A stretch of DNA of 64,000 nt from Planctomycetota bacterium (GTDB lineage Bacteria; Planctomycetota; Planctomycetia; JALXBF01). Shown in pieces: positions 30,945 to 38,877 of the stretch. The stretch covers positions 11,467 through 75,466 of the forward strand of contig JALXBF010000014.1 of the NCBI GenBank assembly GCA_026991575.1, in the 5' to 3' direction. The position numbers were made by a program, and so were the translations under genes. How positions within the stretch are numbered: position 1 is the stretch's first letter; each line of letters starts with the position of its first letter. The notes below the pieces were generated by a model. It was not told the DNA's origin. It saw only the letters and a list, made by a program, of their open reading frames with translations, and ran no database searches.

Positions 30945-31863
30945 GGCCGGCATCGAGCGCCGCTTCGATCGCCTGTTCGAACTCCTTGCGTGTGATCGTC
31001 CGATTCAGCAGCTCGTAGCGGGGTGCGCGGCCTTCTGGCCGGTACTGGGCCATGATGTTGACGTAGGTGTTCGGCGAGATCTCCTCTGCCAGGAATTTCA
31101 TGATCTCGCGCGTGCCGGCCAGGTTGTTGGGCATGACCAGGTGGCGGACCAGCAGACCACGGCGCGCGATGCCATCCGGGCCGATCTGCAGATCCCCCAC
31201 CTGCCGGTGCATCTCCTTGATGGCACGTCGTGCCACTTCCGGATAGTCGGCCGCTTTCACGGCCCACTTGGCCACGTCGGGATCCCAGAACTTGAAATCC
31301 GGCATGTAGATGTCGACGACGCCGTCCATCAGCCGCAAGCTTTCCAGACAGTCGTAGGCGCTGGTGTTGTACACGATCGGGAGCTGCAGACCACGTTGTA
31401 CGGCGTAGTACACGCCTTCCAGCACCTGGGGCACGACGTGTTCCGGGGTGACGAAGTTGATGTTGTGGCAGCCGCGGTCTTGCAGCTCCAGCATCATGTC
31501 CGCCAGTCGATCTGGTGGCGTTTCCCGCCCGATGCCTTCCCAACTTATGTCGAAGTTCTGGCAGAAGACGCAGCGCAGGTTGCACCAGGAGAAAAAGATC
31601 GTGCCGGATCCATTCCAGCCGCGCAGGCAATCTTCCTCGCCGAAGTGCGGGAAGTAGCTGGCCACGCGTGCGTACCGCCCAGTGCGGCACACGGCCCGTC
31701 GGATGTCGTTGTGCAGTCGATCCGCGTGGCAGTTGCGCGGGCAGCAGGTGCAATCCTCCAGTCGCGCGACCGCCACCGCGACGCGCCGCTGCAGCTCACC
31801 GCTGCGATACAGCTCCAGGTAGGCCGGATACGTGCCGGGCTGCTTGCGCCGGGGTTCGCTCAT
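30895..31863 (-). CDS. radical SAM protein, PflX-like (COG1313, pyruvate-formate-lyase-activase homolog)
   Basis: CNLRCVFCQN CX3CX2C cluster motif plus the family-typical HNINFVTPEH and Cys-rich N-terminus (CTCCPRNCHADR). Confidence 0.7.
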   Translation of the reverse strand: MSEPRRKQPGTYPAYLELYRSGELQRRVAVAVARLEDCTCCPRNCHADRLHNDIRRAVCRTGRYARVASYFPHFGEEDCLRGWNGSGTIFFSWCNLRCVFCQNFDISWEGIGRETPPDRLADMMLELQDRGCHNINFVTPEHVVPQVLEGVYYAVQRGLQLPIVYNTSAYDCLESLRLMDGVVDIYMPDFKFWDPDVAKWAVKAADYPEVARRAIKEMHRQVGDLQIGPDGIARRGLLVRHLVMPNNLAGTREIMKFLAEEISPNTYVNIMAQYRPEGRAPRYELLNRTITRKEFEQAIEAALDAGLTRLDARSLSLLHVGW

Positions 31864-31889
31864 CGCCTGTGCCCCCCTGCGTCGTCAGC

Positions 31890-33161
31890 TCAGAACCGGG
31901 CCAATGCCGCGTGAAATACGCCGTGAGCATAGCGGTCCGGCCGAAGTGGCGAGAGGTCCAGTTCCGGAACCCCCCGCACAATCCACTCGGCCAACAGCAT
32001 TCCAGTCGCCGGCCCCTGGGTAAGCCCCAGCATGCCATGGCCGGCAGCAATCCAGAGGTTCTCTACCCATGGCACCGGCCCCACATACGGCAGGCCATCG
32101 GCGCTCATCGGTCGCATGTGGCACCAGACGTCGACCACTTCTGTACCGCTCAGGTCGAACGCGCGGCCCGCCGCCTGCTCGATCAACGCCACGCGACGCG
32201 TGTCGATTTTGCGGTTGAACCCGCTGAATTCCATCGTGCCCGCAAACCGACAACGTGTGCCCAGCGGTGTGACGAAGACCCGGTCCTTGACCAGCACGAC
32301 CGGTCGGTCGGGCAACCCGGGCGCCTCGCGGTAATCGACATGGTAGCCCTTGCCGGGCAAGATCGGGAGATCCAGGCCCACCGGCTGTACCAACTCCGGC
32401 GTCCATGCTCCGGTGGCCAACACGTAGTGGTCCGCCTGGAAGTCGCCCTGATCGGTCACCACCGCGCGCACCCGCTCGTGTGCCACCTCCACATGCCGGA
32501 CCGGCGTGCCGGTGCGGATGGTCACTCCCTGTTGTTCGGCGAGCTCTGCGACCGCCTGCACGAAGGCTGCCGGGTCGCAGTAGCCCGAGTCCGGGTAGTA
32601 GACCGCACCGCAGGCCGGCACCTGCAACTGAGGTAGCCACCGGCGCAGGGCTGAGCCGTCAAGCGTCTCGTAGCGAAAGCCGTAGCGGCTCAGAATCATC
32701 GCCTCATGCTTGGCTCCCGCCAGCGTTTCCTCATCGACGCAAACCTCCAGCCGGCCGTCAACCCGGAAGCCGAAGTCCTTCTGCCGCGCCAGCTCGTGGA
32801 ACAGTCGAAAGCTCAACCGTCCCAGCCGGCACAGTACCCCGGTCGCCTGTGCCATGTGTCGATGGGTGCAGGCGCGGGAAAACTGCATGAACCAGCTCAT
32901 GTGCTCGGCCAAGAACGACGGCTTGATGTACAGCGGGCTGTCGGGACGAAGCAGCCAGCGGAGGTTGCGCCACATGGTGCCCGGCTGGGGCAGCGGCAAA
33001 TGACCTGGCGTGATCTGGCCCGCATTGCCCTGAGAACAGCCCGCGCCGATTTCGCCTTGCTCCAGCAGCGTCACTTCGGCCCCCTCGCGGGCCAGGTAGT
33101 ACGCCGCGCTCACACCGATAGCGCCGCCGCCGATAACGATTACTCGTGGCTCTCGTGCCAT
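31890..33161 (-). CDS. FAD-dependent oxidoreductase (D-amino-acid dehydrogenase/DAO-like)
   Basis: GxGxxG FAD fold (VIVIGGGAIGVSAAYYLA..G..V.LLE) and the DadA-like C-terminal region. Confidence 0.75.
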   Translation of the reverse strand: MAREPRVIVIGGGAIGVSAAYYLAREGAEVTLLEQGEIGAGCSQGNAGQITPGHLPLPQPGTMWRNLRWLLRPDSPLYIKPSFLAEHMSWFMQFSRACTHRHMAQATGVLCRLGRLSFRLFHELARQKDFGFRVDGRLEVCVDEETLAGAKHEAMILSRYGFRYETLDGSALRRWLPQLQVPACGAVYYPDSGYCDPAAFVQAVAELAEQQGVTIRTGTPVRHVEVAHERVRAVVTDQGDFQADHYVLATGAWTPELVQPVGLDLPILPGKGYHVDYREAPGLPDRPVVLVKDRVFVTPLGTRCRFAGTMEFSGFNRKIDTRRVALIEQAAGRAFDLSGTEVVDVWCHMRPMSADGLPYVGPVPWVENLWIAAGHGMLGLTQGPATGMLLAEWIVRGVPELDLSPLRPDRYAHGVFHAALARF

Positions 33162-33230
33162 TCAACCGACGCTCCGCTAAGGACAGCGTTCCGAGGCCGA
33201 CTCCGATGTAATTGTTCGGCACCGGGCGAG

Positions 33231-33857
33231 TCACAGTCCTTCGGGCGTCGGCTGACTGGGCGGCGGCACGTTTGGATCACCCTGGCGGCGGCGCTGCTCG
33301 TAACGCGGATCCTCCAGGCCGTAAGCCGACGCCACCCGGTTGAAGAACGCAAACAACGCCGTGACGTAGACAGCCTCCGCGATCTGTTCGTCGCTCCAGC
33401 CCGTATCGCGCAGCCCGGCAATGTCGTCTTGGGAAATGTCCCCTGGCCGTAGCGTCAGTTTTCGGACAAAGCTCATCAGCGCCGCCTCCGGACCCGCCGC
33501 GGCCTGGTCCGCACGGCCCTCCCGGCATGCTGCCACCTCCGCCGCATCGGCTCCCTGCAACTGCAGGAAGTACGCGTGGGCACCGGTTCAGTACTCGCAG
33601 CGATTCAACGCGGAAACATACGTGGCAATCGCCTCCTTGAGCCGCCGCGACAGATGGCCGTCCTGGAAATGGACCGGATAGGTAAGCGCGATCATGTGGC
33701 GTAGAAGCTCAGGCCGCATGCTCAACGCCTTCAGAATCTCAGGCATGCGCTCCCGGCCGGGATTGGCCCGCTTCCACGCGGCATAGATCTCCGCCACCTC
33801 GCCGTCAGCCTCGTCATCATCAACCCACTTGATCCACGGCATCGGCTCGCTCTCCAT
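33231..33857 (-). CDS. AhpD-like / peroxidase-related enzyme (carboxymuconolactone decarboxylase family), putative selenoprotein with an in-frame TGA (Sec) at 33588..33590
   Basis: Two adjacent same-frame ORFs (33588..33857 and 33231..33560) are separated only by a TGA. Read through, the motif is NRCEY-U-TGAH = CxxUxxxH, replacing the second Cys of the family's CxxCxxxH. Both halves match the family: N-terminal WIKWV..EA.GE..EIY, C-terminal ISQDDIAGLRDTGWSDEQIAEAV..ALFAFFNRVA. Confidence 0.6.
33551..33572 (-). promoter_or_regulatory. candidate SECIS-like stem-loop 19-36 nt downstream of the in-frame UGA
   Basis: The mRNA 5'-ACUUCCUGC-AGUU-GCAGGGAG-3' can form an ~8-bp stem (one G.U pair) with an AGUU apical loop, at the position where bacterial SECIS elements sit. 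Confidence 0.3.
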
Positions 33858-33957
33858 TCACGCTGTCGACACCGCCGCAACAACAGCCCTCAAGGACCGT
33901 CCGGTTCGTTGCCGGTCGGTCTGCGGCAACCGCTGCCGAAAACTATACTTGGGTGCC

Positions 33958-34995
33958 ATGACCAAGAGGATATACGAAATCGAACACCGGGAATGCTCGG
34001 CAGACCTGCTGCCGGAGCTGCGCGACGTCTACGCCCGGGCACGGCAGGTGACGCTTCCGATCGAACGATTTCGGTGGTTCTACCTGGAGAACCCGTCGGG
34101 CCGAGCCCATCTTCTGCTGGCACGCGATCGGTCGGGCCAACCGGTGGGTATGTCGGTCGCTATTCCCCACCGTTGTCAAAAGAACGGCCGATACACGATG
34201 GCGTGGAACACGGTCGATTTCTGCGTTGTGCCCGAGCACCGGACGCTGGGCCTGGCCGTCCAGCTGCGCCGCGCGGTGCTTGAAGCGGCAGCCGAACGAG
34301 CCGTCGAGGTGGTGTTCTCCCACCCCGCCCCGGAAACCCTGCCCGTCCACCAGCGCTCGGGCATGACCTGCACCGTGGCCAATCGCCGCTTCGTGCTGCC
34401 GGTGAGCATCCGCGCGCTGGCCGAAGCTCGCTACAACAGCAGCTCACCAGCACGAATCGTCGCTGCTGCCGTCGGCGCGCTGGCCGACGGCTTCGCGCGC
34501 GGCCCCGGCATTGGCCGCGCGCGAGCCCGTCGGGTCGGTTGGTCAGAAGCTGCCGCACTGCTGAGCCGGCTGCCGCGGCCCTACCGCCAACGAGCGCTGA
34601 GCTTCGTCGTCGACCGCGACTTTCTGATCTGGCGCTTCGCGCGCTGTCCGCGGTATGAGTGCCAAGCCTATGCGTGCTGGCTGGATGACCAGCCGCTGGC
34701 TGTAGCAGTCGTCGGCCTCCTGCAACAGACCGCCTGGCTTAAGCTGCTGGAGCCGATGAACGCACCGTGCCTGGCCATCCGCGCCCTGACGGCAACCATG
34801 GTGCAAAGTCTGCGTCGTCACGGCATCAGGACGATCTCTGCAGTCCTGCCCGCCGGGCACGCGTTGGAAGCGGTGCTGACACGCAGCGGCTTCTGGCCAC
34901 AGTCGGATCCATCGCTGACGCTGTGGCACAGCCCCGCAAACAGCCAGGGGTCTCCAGCCACCTGGAACCGCCTGGTCTGCGACCGCGATCTGTGA
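33958..34995 (+). CDS. GNAT-family N-acetyltransferase (FemAB/BioF2-like architecture)
   Basis: ATG at 33958. Acetyltransferase core pattern (FCVVPEHRTLGLAVQLRRAVLEAAAERAVEVVFSHP). It is divergent from the AhpD-like gene. Confidence 0.5.
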   Translation: MTKRIYEIEHRECSADLLPELRDVYARARQVTLPIERFRWFYLENPSGRAHLLLARDRSGQPVGMSVAIPHRCQKNGRYTMAWNTVDFCVVPEHRTLGLAVQLRRAVLEAAAERAVEVVFSHPAPETLPVHQRSGMTCTVANRRFVLPVSIRALAEARYNSSSPARIVAAAVGALADGFARGPGIGRARARRVGWSEAAALLSRLPRPYRQRALSFVVDRDFLIWRFARCPRYECQAYACWLDDQPLAVAVVGLLQQTAWLKLLEPMNAPCLAIRALTATMVQSLRRHGIRTISAVLPAGHALEAVLTRSGFWPQSDPSLTLWHSPANSQGSPATWNRLVCDRDL

Positions 34996-35120
34996 GCAGT
35001 CCTCTGGCTAGCTGCCGAGCCAGTCCATCTGATCGGCTCCTGGCCCCCCGGCCGGGCTTCGTACGTGCACCAGGGGGGGCCGGAGCCGAACGGGCACGGC
35101 GGCCACTCCCCGATTGCCTT

Positions 35121-35468
35121 CTACGGAATCAGGCAGCCACCGTAGACGCCAAAGCCGATGCCGCCATACGGAGGCAGCACGTAGCGCGGTGGATAGCCAT
35201 AGTAGCCATAGGCCCGATAGCGGTAGCGGTAGTAGTAGAACCGCCCGTAGGGGTAGTGGGGCAGATGGTGCCCGTGGTGGAAGTAATCGTGATGGTGGTG
35301 ATGCCGATAGTGGTGATGCCCGTGGTGACCGTGCCCGATACCCAGGCCAAAGCCGGGCGTTCCGATGAACAACCGGAAGTCATCCGCCCTGGCTTCCGAC
35401 GCGCTTGCCCCAAAGACGAGCGGAACGACCAGCGCGGCGACAGAACCGTAGATGATTCGCCTCAACAT
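35121..35468 (-). CDS. secreted His/Tyr/Gly-rich small protein
   Basis: 115 aa. Signal peptide, then GHGHHGHHHYRHHHHHDYFHHGHH and YYYRYRYRAYGYYGY tracts. Strong GGAGGT Shine-Dalgarno upstream of the ATG. Confidence 0.5.
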   Translation of the reverse strand: MLRRIIYGSVAALVVPLVFGASASEARADDFRLFIGTPGFGLGIGHGHHGHHHYRHHHHHDYFHHGHHLPHYPYGRFYYYRYRYRAYGYYGYPPRYVLPPYGGIGFGVYGGCLIP

Positions 35469-35632
35469 GGCTCTACCTCCACCCTATGAAACACCTGCCG
35501 CTCACATTGCACTCGCGTCATCTACCGTCTTGCGGCCATCCTGGCCGTGCCGCCCATCCTGGTGCCCAGCTCACCTGCCCTACGTGCCCTGGTGCCCTCC
35601 GGCCCGAGAGCCGACGCGGCGCCGCGTGCCGT

Positions 35633-36037
35633 CTAGTGTCCCCAGTAGCCCCAGACCGAGAAGCCGACACCGTGGTGGCCGTAACGGTGATGCGGGACGA
35701 CGAACCCGTGGTGTGGGCTACGATGAAGCCGGTGATGGTAACGGGGCACGTGGAAAATTCGCCTGCCGTGGTGCCCTAGCTCATGCTGACCGTGATGGCC
35801 GAGGCGATACGCGCCGCCCGGGTACAACGGCTGTCGGTGCCAGCCCCTGCCGTGGCGCCACCAAGAATGCCCACCATGGACGGCGCCATGATGCGCGCGG
35901 ATACGGTGGCCCCAGTAGATCGGGCCGAATTCGTCACCACGGGCCGTGGCGGCTGAGCCGCCGGCGGTGAGCCCCCCCAAGGTGGCCGCCGAAGCCAGAA
36001 CGACCGCCAGCTTGCGTCTGAGCCACTGGACTCGCAT
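35633..36037 (-). CDS. secreted His/Gly/Trp-rich small protein (compositionally related to the neighbour)
   Basis: ATG at 36037 (MRVQWLRRKLAVVLASAATLGG = signal peptide), followed by HHG/HGG/HR-rich repeats. Confidence 0.5.
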   Translation of the reverse strand: MRVQWLRRKLAVVLASAATLGGLTAGGSAATARGDEFGPIYWGHRIRAHHGAVHGGHSWWRHGRGWHRQPLYPGGAYRLGHHGQHELGHHGRRIFHVPRYHHRLHRSPHHGFVVPHHRYGHHGVGFSVWGYWGH

Positions 36038-36419
36038 GGTCAGCCTCCCCGCGCAGTCGCGCGTGCGGATTCGCCACACCGGGCGGTGGTTCCCAGCGAC
36101 CACCGGGTTTCCCGGACGCTTGCCCCCAACGTGGGTGCGAACTGCGTTCCAGACGGTCTCTGGCGCAGCAGGGCGCGCCGTTACCTACTATGCAGAAAGG
36201 CGTTAGAAACAACCGACCGTCGCACGACGGGCCGCTACCGCGTTGTCATCGTTGCACCATGCGCAGTCAAATCGACACCCAATCGGCGCTGCGGATCGCA
36301 AGCTGAACGACTGCTACCGGATCGCCGAGCCACTACGGGCCCATGATCGGCAATGGGCGACGTGCCGACCGAATTGCAAGAGCTGCCATGGGATCCGGCG
36401 ACAACGCCTGGCACACGGG

Positions 36420-37844
36420 CTACCAGTACGTCTCGAGCAGAATCTCCATGGTCAGCGTCTGGGCCACGCTCAGCCAGACCATCGTGCGCCAGAGGTACTG
36501 GGAGTGTTCGCCTGGCAGACGTGCCAGCAGCTCCGCCACGCAGGCGACGACCGGGACGAGCAGGAACAGCCAGATGCGTTCAACCTCCAGCGTGTAGACT
36601 GGCGCCGCGGCCGCGATCAGGATCGTCCCCGCGGTTGCCAACCACAGAGGCCGTTGGTGGCCGGTGCGCTCGGCCAGTCCCCACAGCCAGCAACCGGCAA
36701 CGGCCAGGCCGCAGCCGATGGCAAAGGCCGAGAGGTTGCCGAGCGCGAGTCCTGCCCACCGTAGCGGCTCGTCGTGAGCCGTGCCCGCCATGATGCGATG
36801 GTGCGCGGAGAGGCAGGCCAGGAACGTGTCCACCGGTCGATAGCCGACGGTCGCCAGCAGCATCGTGGGGGTGAGGAATGCGACGGCGAAGCTCAGTAGC
36901 AGCCTGACGGCAGGCCAATCGAACCGTTTCCGCTCCAGCAGCACGTAGAGTGCGAACCAGAGCCCGACCCAAACAGCACTGTAGGTCATCAGCAGTCCCA
37001 GCCCGGCGCTGAAGCCGGCGGCCGCTGCAGCACGGGCGCCTTGCGATCGGCAAAGAATCGCCGGCGCGAATGCTCCGCCCAGGAAAACAGCGAAGACGCC
37101 ATCCATGGAGGTCGCGCTGAAGAGCACGGCGGATGGCAACACGGTGAACAGCACGGCGGCTAGCCGCGCGGTCAGCTCCTGGCCGCAAGCTGCGGCGCGC
37201 GCTGCCGCGTAGGCAAGCGGAGCGGTGCCGGCGGCGACGGCCACCGTGAACCACGCCAGCCGTTCGGGCCCGCCGCCAGTTAGCCGAGCCACGGCCCAGA
37301 GCAGCAGCACCGCGACGGGCGGATGGTTCTGAGCGTGCATGGGCAACGTGTGGGCGATCTCGGGAAAGCGGGCAACGAACCGGACGGGATCGCCGACCAA
37401 GGGCACGGCTCCGGCGTATTCGAGATCCAAGCGGGTGTACGGAGCCGCCACCCGCTCGGGCCCGCCGTCGAGGATCGCAACGGTGGCGGCCGTCATCAGC
37501 GAGCAGCCGTACAGAGCGGGCACGAAACGTCTGACGGGCCATCGGCTCAAGAAACCGCTTCGGCGAAGCAGGACTGCGTACAGAGCAAGCCATGCAAGCG
37601 GTACGAAGAGCCAGCCTTTCAGGTGGGGCCGGACATAAGCATACAGCGGCGCGACGGTCTCGCTGACAGCGCCGAACTTGAGCCCTGCGTGGGCGATAGC
37701 GTAGCGCAAGGCCGCGTGGCAGAGGCCGACGACCACGATGACGGCTGTCGTGTACGCGAGCCAGCGGCGCAGCGGTAACGGCCTGGCGCGCGAGGCTGGT
37801 GTGTTCTGGGCTGAGAGGATGTCCTGATGCAGAGCGACGTCCAT
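36420..37844 (-). CDS. hypothetical polytopic integral membrane protein (at least 10 TM helices)
   Basis: Long hydrophobic protein. ATG at 37844 (MDVALHQD); an alternative earlier start lies at 37928. No catalytic motif recognised. Confidence 0.5.
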   Translation of the reverse strand: MDVALHQDILSAQNTPASRARPLPLRRWLAYTTAVIVVVGLCHAALRYAIAHAGLKFGAVSETVAPLYAYVRPHLKGWLFVPLAWLALYAVLLRRSGFLSRWPVRRFVPALYGCSLMTAATVAILDGGPERVAAPYTRLDLEYAGAVPLVGDPVRFVARFPEIAHTLPMHAQNHPPVAVLLLWAVARLTGGGPERLAWFTVAVAAGTAPLAYAAARAAACGQELTARLAAVLFTVLPSAVLFSATSMDGVFAVFLGGAFAPAILCRSQGARAAAAAGFSAGLGLLMTYSAVWVGLWFALYVLLERKRFDWPAVRLLLSFAVAFLTPTMLLATVGYRPVDTFLACLSAHHRIMAGTAHDEPLRWAGLALGNLSAFAIGCGLAVAGCWLWGLAERTGHQRPLWLATAGTILIAAAAPVYTLEVERIWLFLLVPVVACVAELLARLPGEHSQYLWRTMVWLSVAQTLTMEILLETYW

Positions 37845-38235
37845 GTCCGAAGCCTCCGAGGGCGACGCCCCCAGTATCGCGACCAGCCCACCCGGCAACA
37901 ACCGCAATCGGCCCTCGCCTCCTTGCAAACCCAGTCCTGCTCGCTGCTGCCCCGAGTCACGCCGCCGCTTCCCGCCGTGCCGGTCATCCAGGAGATCCGT
38001 TGCCCGGATCGTCTCGATTGCGGGAGACTCGCTACCGCCGATCGTCCCTGATCAGGCGAATCGGCCGACCAGGACGATCGGGCGCACGAGCGTGCGGGGG
38101 GGTATGGCCGATCCTGGAGGCCAGGGGGGCACGGCAACGGAGCGGTCTTCTGCCCGCTTGCGGCACCATGCCATGGCCCCGGGCGAGCGAGGCGTGCGTG
38201 CCAGGGTAGACCGACCAACCGGTCATCGCCGTCCT

Positions 38236-38859
38236 CTACGGTAGCTCCAGTGCCTGGCACAACGACAGCGGGCGGAAGTTGAACAGGTTCAGTGCCGCGA
38301 CATCCCCGTAGAGCTGCACCACCGTCAGGGATCCTGTGCTGACGACCAGTTTCCAGTAGTTTCTCGGGTTCAGGTCCAACAAGCGGCACAGGATGATCTG
38401 AATTGGGGTCTGATGGGTCACAAGCAGGATCTTGTCGCCGTCGAACGAGTGCACGGCGTCCAGCACCCGATCGATTCGATCGGCCAACTGCAACAGTGTT
38501 TCGCCGCCAGGGGGCGCGTGCTCGAACGGGTTGCGCATCCACAGCGACCAGTTGGCCCGGTCGGCGGTGCGCACCTCGGCCAACGTGCGCCCCTCCCACT
38601 GCCCGAAGTGCAACTCGCGCAGCTCCGGCAGCGTCTGCACCTCGGCGCCGGGTACCAGCAGGCGAGCGGTCTCACGCGCCCGGGACAGATCGCTGGCAAC
38701 GACCGCATCGAAGCTCTGTCGTTCCAGCCATCTGGCCAGTTCCTCGGCCTCCTGCTTGCCTGCCTGGCTCAAGCCGATGTCCGTTTGTCCCTGAATGCGC
38801 CCGTCTTCGTTCCATGTTGTCTGGCCATGCCGCACCAGATAGAGTGTTCGTGGCATCAA
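38236..38859 (-). CDS. histidine phosphatase (phosphoglycerate-mutase-like) family protein
   Basis: N-terminal LVRHGQTTWN (RHG motif). Later conserved ELHFGQWEG and the C-terminal His region. Confidence 0.8.
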   Translation of the reverse strand: MMPRTLYLVRHGQTTWNEDGRIQGQTDIGLSQAGKQEAEELARWLERQSFDAVVASDLSRARETARLLVPGAEVQTLPELRELHFGQWEGRTLAEVRTADRANWSLWMRNPFEHAPPGGETLLQLADRIDRVLDAVHSFDGDKILLVTHQTPIQIILCRLLDLNPRNYWKLVVSTGSLTVVQLYGDVAALNLFNFRPLSLCQALELP

Positions 38860-38877
38860 CTCCTGGCCGTCCCTTTC

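Noticed and set aside
30452-31753. 433-aa minus-strand ORF
   Set aside because: It overlaps the radical-SAM gene in another frame and the LarA-like gene antisense. Arg/Pro/Gly-rich with no motifs; judged spurious.
31515-32640. Large plus- and minus-strand ORFs (373 aa, 251 aa) inside the FAD oxidoreductase locus
   Set aside because: Shadow frames of a well-supported DAO-family gene.
36580-37593. 337-aa minus-strand ORF in another frame of the membrane-protein gene, and 37619..38599 (326 aa)
   Set aside because: Alternative frames of real genes, Arg/Ala/Gly-rich, no motifs. 37619..38599 overlaps the well-supported histidine phosphatase gene.
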